64,000 nucleotides of DNA from Histomonas meleagridis 2922-C6/04-290x (lineage: Eukaryota > Protista > Parabasalia), in the NCBI GenBank assembly GCA_020184695.1, contig JAANOX010000218.1, positions 62,001 through 126,000 of the forward strand, written 5' to 3'. Below are positions 40,024 to 49,819 of the stretch, one piece after another. The notes under the pieces are model-generated. The model ran no database searches and was not told the origin of the DNA. It worked only from the letters and a program-made list of their open reading frames with translations. The position numbers and the translations under genes were made by a program. The first letter of the stretch is position 1; each line of letters opens with the position of its first letter.

Positions 40024-43000
40024 TTAATTCAATGCTTCTAGTACATAACCAATTTTGAATTCATCTCCTTCACATACTTGGAATACGAGATTTTGGAAGT
40101 CTGGTATTGCTTGTGCCAAATTTCTCAAGTATTGTCTCATCTTTATAACATTTTCATTCGACACGGAATATTCTTCCATCTTATCCAAAGGATCGGAGAA
40201 CAATCTAATTAATACGGCAGCGAAATGTTCCAATCCATTATTTTGCGATCTGTTCAAAAGCCATTCAAAGAATTCCAAATGATCATTGTTTTCTTCAACT
40301 TCAACTTTCGGTGGCATATTTGCCAAAGTTTCTAATATGAAATCATTATAAGGGAAATTTTCTTTCATTATTCTCATTGCTATCATTGCTAGAGCGCTTA
40401 CGCAATTATCTTGTATGATCATCATTTTTTCTGTTTTTGATTGATTACTTAAATTGCTTTTAATCATTGTTAAAATTTTCACTAAATGTGGCGCAATTAC
40501 TTCTGGCGCTTTAATTGCAAGTTGTTTAAAACAACCAAATGCAATTGCACTATTACGTTTCTCTGCTGAATCACAAGCTAATATGAAGACATTAACTTTT
40601 AATTCATTATCAAGACTTTGTCCAGCCCAATAAACAAAGTCACCAAAGAATTGAAGTGCCAAATCTTTCATTTCATTATTTTTATGTGTGATCAAATTGT
40701 TCATTAAAGGTACGAATGGTTGAAGAACTGGAATCGATTTAGTTTTCATTGAGGCCATTAATTCACGAAGTACACGTAATGCAGGAACATGAAGATCTTC
40801 GATATATTTAAGTTTTCCTTTTTGATATAACATTGATCCAGTGAAAACATTTTCAATTGATTTAAAGATTTGATCAATTGAAGTCGTACATGCAATTGTA
40901 CCATAATATTCATCACCTGCAATCACATCTGAAATTCCAGTAAAAGCATTTCCAGCTGCTTCAATACCAGCTTCAGATGAAGCAATATTCGCAAGGATTT
41001 TAACAATTTGTATTAAATATGGTTGCGTTTCTTGTGAATAGCCAAGTTTATTTATCCCTTCAATAAGGAATTGACAAGCTTCTGAACAACCAGAAATAAG
41101 ATCAGGATCACCACTATCGATTTGTTTTTCGATTACAGCAAAAATATTTGGAATTAATTGCGATATTAATTCAGGATATGTTGATAATATACAACAAGCA
41201 ATTCGAATTGCTGAAGTAATTAAGTTTATTGTTTTTTCGATGATTGGATCAAGATCTTCTTCATCATCGCCCATAAATATTTGTTCATCTGTTTGTTCAT
41301 CAAGATTTATTGTTTGACTTCCAATATTAATTAATATCGGAAATACATTTGTAACTGTTTCTTTTATTTGTTCTGGATAATTTTGTAAAAGATGTCCATA
41401 AGCACAAATTGATTCAAAAGATATTTGGACATCAGAAGAAGTAATGTTTTGTCCAATAAATGTTAAAAATGATGGAACAATTGGGAGAAAAGATTTCGGT
41501 GATGATTCCATTAAATTTGATAAGCAACTAATTGCTGTGGATTTAATGGCATCATATTGCTGATTAGTATTAAATATTATTGACTGTATTAATTGAAGAA
41601 TATCTTGGAAATAATGTCGCGTCTTTTTAGGTGAATAACGTATTAATGTATAAAGACAATTAAACGAATGTATCATTAATGTTAAGTCATTTGTTTGAAT
41701 GAGTTTGATAAGTAATTCATACACAGGATTAAACATTTGATTAATTTCTTTGACTTGTTTAACAATTGCTTGAATTCCATTGATATAATCTGGAAGTGGT
41801 TGTTTATATGTAACTTGAATAAGAGCTGTAAGAAGTTCATCAGAAACTTGTTGTATTTCCGATTTTTGTGATTCGACAAGTTCAATTATAGCATTTGTCG
41901 ATGCTTGTCGAATACATTCAGATGAATCTGCAAGCGCATTAATAAGTAATTGAGAAATCGGTACAATTTTATCTGAATAAAAATCGGATCCATTTTCAAA
42001 TGAATACATAAGTGACATAATGGCACTGTATAAACCTGCACGTGAATTCATTAACGTAGGAAGGAAATCCCACATAAGCTGTAAAATATGATTATATTCA
42101 GAAAATGCTGTAAAAACAATAGAAAGAATTTGATGATTGGAAAGATCAAACATATCGTTCTCGTTGAAAAATTCGTTAGAAAGACTACAATATGCATTAA
42201 TAATTGCAGAAACAGTGTCTTGAGAGGATTCAGCAATTTGATCACCAAAATTTGTAATGATACTATCGGTTAACTGTTGTATCTGAAGACGGTTATTAAT
42301 CGGCAGCTGACGGTTAACCATCAACTGAACGCAAAATTCGAGAAGTGAAACAATGTTAATGAAAGGAGACTCTTGTTCAACATCATATTTAAGAACTTGT
42401 ATTAAGTCATTAAAGCCTTCACTATTTGGGAGTTGGACAAGTCTCTCAAGCATTTGAATTGAACATAAAAAGTACTTCTGTGGATTTGGATCATCTTCAC
42501 TAAAGAAATTCGAAACATTCAAGCCATGAAGAATGGCTGCTATTTGAGTGTTGAGAGTTTGCGATGAAAGACCAAGATTTATGAAACCAATGGAATATTG
42601 ATAAATATCTTGAATTCCATCAATCTGATAAGTAAGAAGCATGGTAAGTAGATAAAGGCAAGCTTCTACTTTTGGATCTGTAGGTTCTGAAGAACATGAT
42701 TGAATAAAATTATAAGCGATAGGAAGAACTTCGTTACTTAAAGCAGTTTGAACAAAATCACGTATGTATCGGCGAACATAATTCGATTTAGGAAGTGAAA
42801 GTAACTGTAAGAGGTTTTGGAAAACATTTTGTTTATCTGGATAATTTACATAATAAAGACGGATAAAACGACCGATGCCAACAACAGCATGTTTCATGAT
42901 TTGTTCATTATCAGTCATTGAGATAATTGTAATTAATGTTTGAAATGATGTAGGCTGTTCGTAATATAATAAGAGTCTATCTGATGCTTCCTTAGCATGA

Positions 43001-43059
43001 ACACCACTTGGATCTATTAGTTGTTGGTAACAGGAAATTACTTGCTCAAGCTCAGACAT
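40024..43059 (-). CDS. Importin-beta family karyopherin, importin-4/Kap123-like
   Basis: About 1010 aa HEAT repeats with acidic loop; C-terminal IQDNCVSALA..MPPKVEVEEN resembles IPO4 'RDN..A..R..LPL..D.EE'; ATG at 43059. Confidence 0.75.
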   Translation of the reverse strand: MSELEQVISCYQQLIDPSGVHAKEASDRLLLYYEQPTSFQTLITIISMTDNEQIMKHAVVGIGRFIRLYYVNYPDKQNVFQNLLQLLSLPKSNYVRRYIRDFVQTALSNEVLPIAYNFIQSCSSEPTDPKVEACLYLLTMLLTYQIDGIQDIYQYSIGFINLGLSSQTLNTQIAAILHGLNVSNFFSEDDPNPQKYFLCSIQMLERLVQLPNSEGFNDLIQVLKYDVEQESPFINIVSLLEFCVQLMVNRQLPINNRLQIQQLTDSIITNFGDQIAESSQDTVSAIINAYCSLSNEFFNENDMFDLSNHQILSIVFTAFSEYNHILQLMWDFLPTLMNSRAGLYSAIMSLMYSFENGSDFYSDKIVPISQLLINALADSSECIRQASTNAIIELVESQKSEIQQVSDELLTALIQVTYKQPLPDYINGIQAIVKQVKEINQMFNPVYELLIKLIQTNDLTLMIHSFNCLYTLIRYSPKKTRHYFQDILQLIQSIIFNTNQQYDAIKSTAISCLSNLMESSPKSFLPIVPSFLTFIGQNITSSDVQISFESICAYGHLLQNYPEQIKETVTNVFPILINIGSQTINLDEQTDEQIFMGDDEEDLDPIIEKTINLITSAIRIACCILSTYPELISQLIPNIFAVIEKQIDSGDPDLISGCSEACQFLIEGINKLGYSQETQPYLIQIVKILANIASSEAGIEAAGNAFTGISDVIAGDEYYGTIACTTSIDQIFKSIENVFTGSMLYQKGKLKYIEDLHVPALRVLRELMASMKTKSIPVLQPFVPLMNNLITHKNNEMKDLALQFFGDFVYWAGQSLDNELKVNVFILACDSAEKRNSAIAFGCFKQLAIKAPEVIAPHLVKILTMIKSNLSNQSKTEKMMIIQDNCVSALAMIAMRIMKENFPYNDFILETLANMPPKVEVEENNDHLEFFEWLLNRSQNNGLEHFAAVLIRLFSDPLDKMEEYSVSNENVIKMRQYLRNLAQAIPDFQNLVFQVCEGDEFKIGYVLEALN

Positions 43060-43694
43060 TAAAATGAGCAAGCGGGAAAAATCTACTCACATATCAAATG
43101 GCGGGAATAAAAATTTCACTTTTTTGAAACTCTAACCAAAAAAATAACAAATTGCTTGTTATGAAATATTTTGTATTATTTTATTGAGCTTTGATATACC
43201 TTACGTTCATTTACAAAAAATCAAATAATTGTAAATGCAATTAATTTCACAAAAAATGATATTGTACTAATTACAAAATAAAATTAGTTCATAAAATTAT
43301 TTGACATACTTTTAACTTGCTTAAAGAATATTTTTTTTTCTCATTATTTAGATTAAAAATAACATGAAGTCAAATAAACTTAAAGAAAGATAGAATATTT
43401 GATGGGCTCCATGTTTTCACCTGTTTATTGAATTTTCCAATAGAGGAGAAAAGTTATAACATGAAATCAAGAAACACACGATCCATTTCTAACACTTTTT
43501 GTAAATTTGTTAATTATATGAAGTCGAAATCATTACAATTTTTGAATGTGAATTTTTCTGACATCGGTTATTTTGACACATTAACTCAACCAAAAGTGTC
43601 ATATAAAATTCACAAAACAAAAAGTGACATTTTTAGTTCGTAGCTAATTTTTTTGTGAAAATTTTTATCGTCAACGGTTTTTTGAAAAAAAATA

Positions 43695-45557
43695 ATGATA
43701 AGGCCTTTTTCTTTCGAGGATCTCCAAGCAAAAATCAATCAAGCAAGACAATTATTCTCAAATCCCGCAAACATTATACAGTTGATGCGATTGACGGGAG
43801 AAATAAGTCTTAATCTTGTTAAAGATTTATCTTTAGAAACATACATGCAAGTTCATTCTATATGTATTTCTTATTTTGATGCTTTACTTCAGTCCTTAAA
43901 ATGTTTTGATAAGAATACATTGAAAACAACATATACCAGATCTTTTTATGTTAATAAGCTTCTACCACGTATTTATGAATCCTTTATTGTTGCTTGTTCA
44001 TTAGAAAATTCTAAAGACATCAAATATGTTCTTCAAATGTTCCAATGTGTTGCAAATCCAATTCGTTCATATTTTCTTCGATACTCTGCTATTACGCTAA
44101 TACCGAAAAACATCGAAATCCTTCAAGAATTTGCACTTAAAAACTTTATTGAAATGTTTGAAATTCTTCCAAAATTAAAATGTGAACAACAAGATGGCCT
44201 CTTTGAATCACTATCATACTGGCTCTGCACTAACATCCAGTATGCCATTCCACCTTCCCAATATAGTGAGCCCATCATCAACACCATCATCCAAACCGCT
44301 CTTTCCTCTCAAATTCCGGAACTTTCACTTAACATTGTTTGCTCACTTGCGCAATCAATATCATCAGAGCACATGATATCTTCAATAACTATTTTTTCTG
44401 ATTTCTTTTTTAGTTTTAATGAGAAACATGAGATTACAGATTCGTTACAAGTTAAACTTGTACAATCTATTAATATTTGTTGTATGCGTTGTCGGAATCC
44501 CGATAACATGAATAAATTTGTATCTAAAGCAATCTTTGGTAAGCAACCGAATGAATTATTAACACAAATGGTATTATATACCGGTGATATGAATGCATTA
44601 CAAAAAATAGTGCAAAAAAGTCCGGACGAATTATTAATTAAAATATTACATGTGATTGGACCGAATAAATTTGCTAAAATTGTTCCTCAAAAAATTTCTA
44701 TTATGGTAAAAATAGCATTTTTAAGGACAATTAATCCCGAAATACCTCCGTGGGAAGTACAGAAAGTTGTTGCCTTTAAAAACGAAGAGAACAAACAAAT
44801 TAACTCTGAGTTACGTAAAATCATAAAGAACCCGATTTTTTCTGTTAAATATATCAAAGAACTTTTTAGCGATGATTATAAATTTAATGATCCTAAAATG
44901 TTTAAGTTATATCTCCAGAAATTACATGGAACATTTGAAAAGATTTATTCATTGTTTCGAATTGTTGAACATTTTACTGAAATTGATTATTCGACACGAG
45001 TTGAGTTAATATGTATAATTTGGAAAGAAAAGAAAATGGATGAAAACATTGATTTTTTTGATTACGTCGATTTATATAAATGTAATCAAAATGATTTGTG
45101 TAATATAATTAAAACACTTCCTTTTCTAACTATAGATAATAAAAGATTAGAAATGTTATTCGAGAAATGTAATTCTAAAAAAGCTTATTTAGAGTTTTTG
45201 CATTATATTTTGCAAACAAATTATTATGATATACAACAAAAAACTATCGACAAATTAATCGATTTGGATGATGAAATATTCGAAATGAAAGAAAAGGCAA
45301 AATATTACTTCGAAATATTAAATGAATTAATGAATGATAATAAAATTGCTTGTGAGAAACTCGAAATAAATTTCATTCCTCAGCTGTTGGAAAATTTGAT
45401 CTTTATCCTGCAACAAGCAAAGTTATATCCATCGTTTAATTTCGCGGGAATGAAATCATTGGAAAAATGGAAAACGGTGCTGAAAAATGTGGAAAATAAT
45501 GAGAAAATGATCGAACATAAAATGAATCTCCTTAAAATTGGAGAATTGATAAATTAA
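43695..45557 (+). CDS. VPS35/VPS35L-family protein, divergent
   Basis: LLPRIY, CVANPIRSYFLRY (PLRxxFLR motif), NFIEM and TNI match the VPS35 N-terminus; C-terminal half unrecognisable. Confidence 0.65.
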   Translation: MIRPFSFEDLQAKINQARQLFSNPANIIQLMRLTGEISLNLVKDLSLETYMQVHSICISYFDALLQSLKCFDKNTLKTTYTRSFYVNKLLPRIYESFIVACSLENSKDIKYVLQMFQCVANPIRSYFLRYSAITLIPKNIEILQEFALKNFIEMFEILPKLKCEQQDGLFESLSYWLCTNIQYAIPPSQYSEPIINTIIQTALSSQIPELSLNIVCSLAQSISSEHMISSITIFSDFFFSFNEKHEITDSLQVKLVQSINICCMRCRNPDNMNKFVSKAIFGKQPNELLTQMVLYTGDMNALQKIVQKSPDELLIKILHVIGPNKFAKIVPQKISIMVKIAFLRTINPEIPPWEVQKVVAFKNEENKQINSELRKIIKNPIFSVKYIKELFSDDYKFNDPKMFKLYLQKLHGTFEKIYSLFRIVEHFTEIDYSTRVELICIIWKEKKMDENIDFFDYVDLYKCNQNDLCNIIKTLPFLTIDNKRLEMLFEKCNSKKAYLEFLHYILQTNYYDIQQKTIDKLIDLDDEIFEMKEKAKYYFEILNELMNDNKIACEKLEINFIPQLLENLIFILQQAKLYPSFNFAGMKSLEKWKTVLKNVENNEKMIEHKMNLLKIGELIN

Positions 45558-45628
45558 AAAAAACTTGTTAAATAAAAAAAGCGAATTATTTTTATTGTTT
45601 TATTTAAAAATATGAAACAAAGAAAAAA

Positions 45629-46290
45629 ATGACACTTTGGATGTCCAACTTTATTGTTAGGCGGTATGTTCACTACACGTCACGATGTAGATGAATATGT
45701 GCATTTACCCGATAATTTTTATGCAGCAGTATCAGAAGCAAAAGGAAAACTTATATTGTTTATTCCTATCTTCAGTACATTTCAAACTGGAAAAAGTTCA
45801 ACACTAAAAAAACTTACAGAGGGTATTAGCGATATCGTGATAGGTAAAGGAATTAATGATGCTAGAATGGGATCAGTTATATATGGACCATATTCATACA
45901 ATAAGCTGATGAAGAAATTTGAATTGGAAGAAGTCGATGACAACAACACACAAGTTTTCTTTTTTGATACAGAAGGATGCGTCTCAACGAGTTATGCAGG
46001 AATGAAATTTCATGTGGATCACATTGTGGTACCTTATTGTCCACTTTTTTGTACTGTAGTAACTATTATAAGGCCAACCATTATAATGTCTGATTGCTAC
46101 TTTTTACGATCAAATATTTGATGCCTTATCAAACATTAGCAAAGATACCCCAGTAGTGGTATCTGTTCCAAATGTTCCTCTTTATGTCCCAAGTAAAGGA
46201 AAATTTGAAAAATACTAGAACAAAATGATAGATATTTTTACTCGAAAGTTTGGCGAATTCATCAAAAAATATAATACCTCTTTTTAACTA
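45629..46290 (+). pseudogene. Guanylate-binding-protein/atlastin-like GTPase fragment, disabled
   Basis: FQTGKSSTL (degenerate P-loop) and FFFDTEG (G3); frameshift near 46120 and further stops downstream. Confidence 0.55.
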
Positions 46291-46876
46291 CGACAATAGT
46301 CTAGATGTGCGAACAACCATCTGAATTCAATCTCGGTTTTAAAATCTTTGCACAACATCTTCTGAATCATGATGAAGAAAAGCGGAATGAATGTTCTTTT
46401 GATTATCAAACTTAATATGACATTTTCAAAACATTAATTTTAGTTGATGAACAACCTGTTAGTGATGATCATTTAGAATTACAAAAAGCTGTAGTTGACT
46501 GGAAAATACTCAGCAAGCCACTGAATAAACAGTAAATTTTTTAAAAAAATTTATCGACAACCTCAGACGTTAGCTTTTGTTTTTACAACACTCAAACCGC
46601 TTTTTGAAAAGGTTTGAAACGTTTCAACATTTTCAATCCAAAGTTTTCAATTGATGTTTACTGGCCATAATTAAATTGAAAACAGGTTACAACAAAACCC
46701 CTTTGATCATGCTCCTCACAAAAGCAAAACCAGTAACGTTTTTCCCAGAAATTGTTTTGGATGGTTGATGTTGAAATATTTTATTTTAAACTTTTTCTGA
46801 AAAATAATGGCCGAGCTGATACAAATTGAATTTTGACATATCGTTCAAAACTTAGTAACGGAAATCACAAAAAAGA

Positions 46877-47476
46877 ATGGGAATCCACGGAAGCATTGTT
46901 GCATTAAAGCTCAAAAGAAATAAGCTTACTCATCACCTCATTCATGAGCTTGAAGAGTCAACACATTTTAATTCTGAAGAAATCAAAATCTTATACAGTA
47001 GATTTAAAGATCTTGTAAAGGTTCATAAACATAAGGCATCTATTAGTATTCCTGATTTCAAGGATTCACTTGGAGTTTCTGATTTAAGGTTAGCTGAATG
47101 TGTATTTACAGCATTCGACAAAGATGGAGATAAAACAATTGACTTTGTTGAATTTGCTCATGGCATGTCTGTAATCAGTGAAAGAGCAACCATCGAAGAA
47201 AAGATTAGGTTCATATTTGACGTTTTTGATCCAGATAGAGATGGGTTAGTTAAAACAAATGAACTTAAAGAAATTATGCTGTTGATCTGCAAGGAAAAAT
47301 TAACATATCTACCTGAGGAACAGATGGAAGTTTTGGTTCAAACAACATGTAATAAAATAGATTCTGAAAATAAAGGTGTTATAACCTTTAAACAATTCGA
47401 AGAATCTGTTTCAGACTATCCATTTTTACATAGCTTTACAAGCCTTGATATTAAGAAATATCTCGGAACTGATTAA
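46877..47476 (+). CDS. Myristoylated EF-hand Ca2+-binding protein (calcineurin-B/NCS/CBL family)
   Basis: MGIHGS; HFNSEEIKILYSRF; EF loops DKDGDKTIDFVEF and DPDRDGLVKTNEL. Confidence 0.9.
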   Translation: MGIHGSIVALKLKRNKLTHHLIHELEESTHFNSEEIKILYSRFKDLVKVHKHKASISIPDFKDSLGVSDLRLAECVFTAFDKDGDKTIDFVEFAHGMSVISERATIEEKIRFIFDVFDPDRDGLVKTNELKEIMLLICKEKLTYLPEEQMEVLVQTTCNKIDSENKGVITFKQFEESVSDYPFLHSFTSLDIKKYLGTD

Positions 47477-48075
47477 AAATAGAATAAATTAATAAACATA
47501 TTAAAATTAGAAAAAAACTATTTTTTGAAAATACTACAAAATTATTTAAAAATAATTATTGATAATCATTCAAAGAAATTTAAAAAATTGCTTGAATTTT
47601 ATAAGTTCAAAGTTGAACTTGGCGAGAGAAACTAACAAAAAGCAAAAATGTTATTATGAACAATTGAATAAGATTTATAAAAATCCTTTTATTTTCAATT
47701 TTTTTCAGGAAAGTGCACTAAGCCATAACGCTTTAATAGTGAATATTGAATTTATTTTCACATATAAAAACAAAACATTTATATATCATTTGATCAAACA
47801 ATAGAATCAAAAACAAAAGGTAAACCCATAATGACACGATTAATCCAATACAAAGTAAAATGTAATTCTAAAAAAAATTGAAACAGTTCGAAATGATTAT
47901 CAAATTTGATAAATTTTTTGTTATATAGTTTTTTCATTTCTGTATTAAATTATTATTGGTTTATATATTCTTTTGATTGTTTTGTATATACTGAATTAGA
48001 TCTTGCTTTCGAATTTTTTATTTAGCTTCTTACAGTAAAATTTAACGTTGGAAAATTTACAATTTTAAAAGCGAA

Positions 48076-49794
48076 ATGGGTGCTAACGCTGCAAAACCTT
48101 AACAACCAAATCATTATACACCAAGCAAATGGATGGAAGAATTAGAGGCAATTGAAGAAATTATTTTTGATTTATGCGAGGATAACTTTACGAATTCTGT
48201 TTCGAAACAACCATCAAAATACTCAATGAGAATTTTTTTACACATCCAAACTTAATTGTAAGTCGTCTAATTTATTCGACATATCTTTCACAAAGGAAAG
48301 ATTTTAATCTTTATATTAATTTTATAAAAGAAGTTGAAGCGCAAGGGAAAAAATCCAATCCGAATTATGATTTAATTCATACATTTGGCCATTTTATACT
48401 TGGTAGGAATACACAAGAAAGTTATTTTATTACTGAACAAATGATTGAAATGAATTTGATACCAGCTGATTTAATTGCGTATAAACAAACATATCTTTTT
48501 GCACATCGTTTAACAAATGAAAGATTAGAAAGTTCTCGGAAATCACTTTTAACACCATTTAACAAATCTTTCAACCAAAACTTAAAAGAACTTCGAAATG
48601 ATGATTGGGAACTACATAAGAAATATGTTAAAGAAGGACATAATCCAAATGAAATTGCGAAAATAATACGAAATGATGAAATCGAAAAACTTCAAAAAAT
48701 ATCATCGCAAGAAAACTTCGATTTTAACCAGAAAATTGAGCCATCACTTTATGAAAGATGTTCACTTATTAATAACGAAAATGTTACATTAATTGATTAT
48801 GCAGCATTTTTCGGATCAATACAATGTTTTAGATATTTACTTATGAATGATGCGAATGTATATAATGCAGGTAAATATGCAGTTGCAGGTGGAAATCTTG
48901 AGATAATTCATTTATGTGAACAAAAACATATCCAATTTGCAGATGCATGTGAAACAGCAATTGAATTCCATAGAAATGACGTCTTTAATTATCTTTCTGA
49001 AAATAAAATTGTTAAATGTGATTTTGGAAAACTTATAAATTTCTTCTTATATTCATCAAAGGAATATATAAATATTAAAATATTAAAAATTTTACTTGAG
49101 AAAATAGAAATTGATTTTAACCGTAAAAATGTTTTTATGTTTTACTTGAACTTTTTTAATGAATTTGATATTTTATTTTTAAAAATGATTTAAGTTATTT
49201 TGGACACCTCTTATGATTGCTTCTTTATATGGTCGTATAGAAATTGTTAAAATTTTACTTGAACAAAAAGAAGTTAAAATTAATGATAAATCTTTTTGTT
49301 TGTGTTGTTTGATATTTATTTTAATAATTTAGTGCTTCAAAACAATATTTAAAAATTATTTAGAATATTTAGAACAGCACTTATGTTTGCATCTGAAAGC
49401 GGCCATACAGAAATTGTTAAATTACTTCTTGAACAAGAAGGAATTGATATTAATGCTAAAGATATTTATTTGTTTTATTTAAAATTTATTATAATAATTT
49501 TGGATTTCAAAATAATATTTGGAAACTCTTCAAATTATTTAATACAGCACTTATTGAAGCTTGTGATAATAATTCATTAGGAGTTGTTAAATTACTTCTT
49601 GAACAAAAAGGAATTAATATTTATACCAAAAACATTTAATAGTTTTATTTAATATTTATTTTAGTATAATAATATATCAAAACAATATTTGGAACTTATT
49701 TAAGTGATTTTATACAGCACTTAAAATTGCAGAACATAAAAAGAACAAAGAAATTATTGATTTTCTACATTCACAAATTAAACTTTTAAAATAA
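48076..49794 (+). other. DUF3447-type ankyrin-repeat gene, locus B; predicted joined model 48441..49133, 49198..49296, 49368..49466, 49538..49636, 49708..49794
   Basis: MGANAAK start at 48076 with TAA at 48100 and a frameshift near 48205; clean core from 48441; ankyrin Thr codons at 49204, 49374, 49544 and 49714; terminal TAAA at 49792. Confidence 0.75.
49134..49707 (+). repeat. Four homologous AT-rich inserts in ankyrin array B (about 49134-49197, 49297-49367, 49467-49537, 49637-49707); 170-nt unit period
   Basis: Same sequence family as in locus A; insert B3 matches insert A2 at 60 of 71 positions (hand count). Confidence 0.9.
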
Positions 49795-49819
49795 AAATTT
49801 ATTTTTTTTGTTTTGTTTA

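Noticed and set aside
44229-44240. ACTAACATCCAG resembling the parabasalid intron 3' motif
   Set aside because: Lies in an uninterrupted ORF where ACT AAC encodes the conserved TN of VPS35; no matching 5' splice site.
29824-45557. Apparent cluster of trafficking genes (TRAPPC8, DRAM, VPS9, VPS35-like)
   Set aside because: These families are numerous in parabasalids, orientations are mixed, and there is no evidence of co-regulation.
49294-49713. Simple ribosomal frameshifting through the inserts
   Set aside because: Several inserts have stops in the incoming frame (B4 right after KNI), so they cannot be read through; bypass lacks consistent matched take-off and landing codons.
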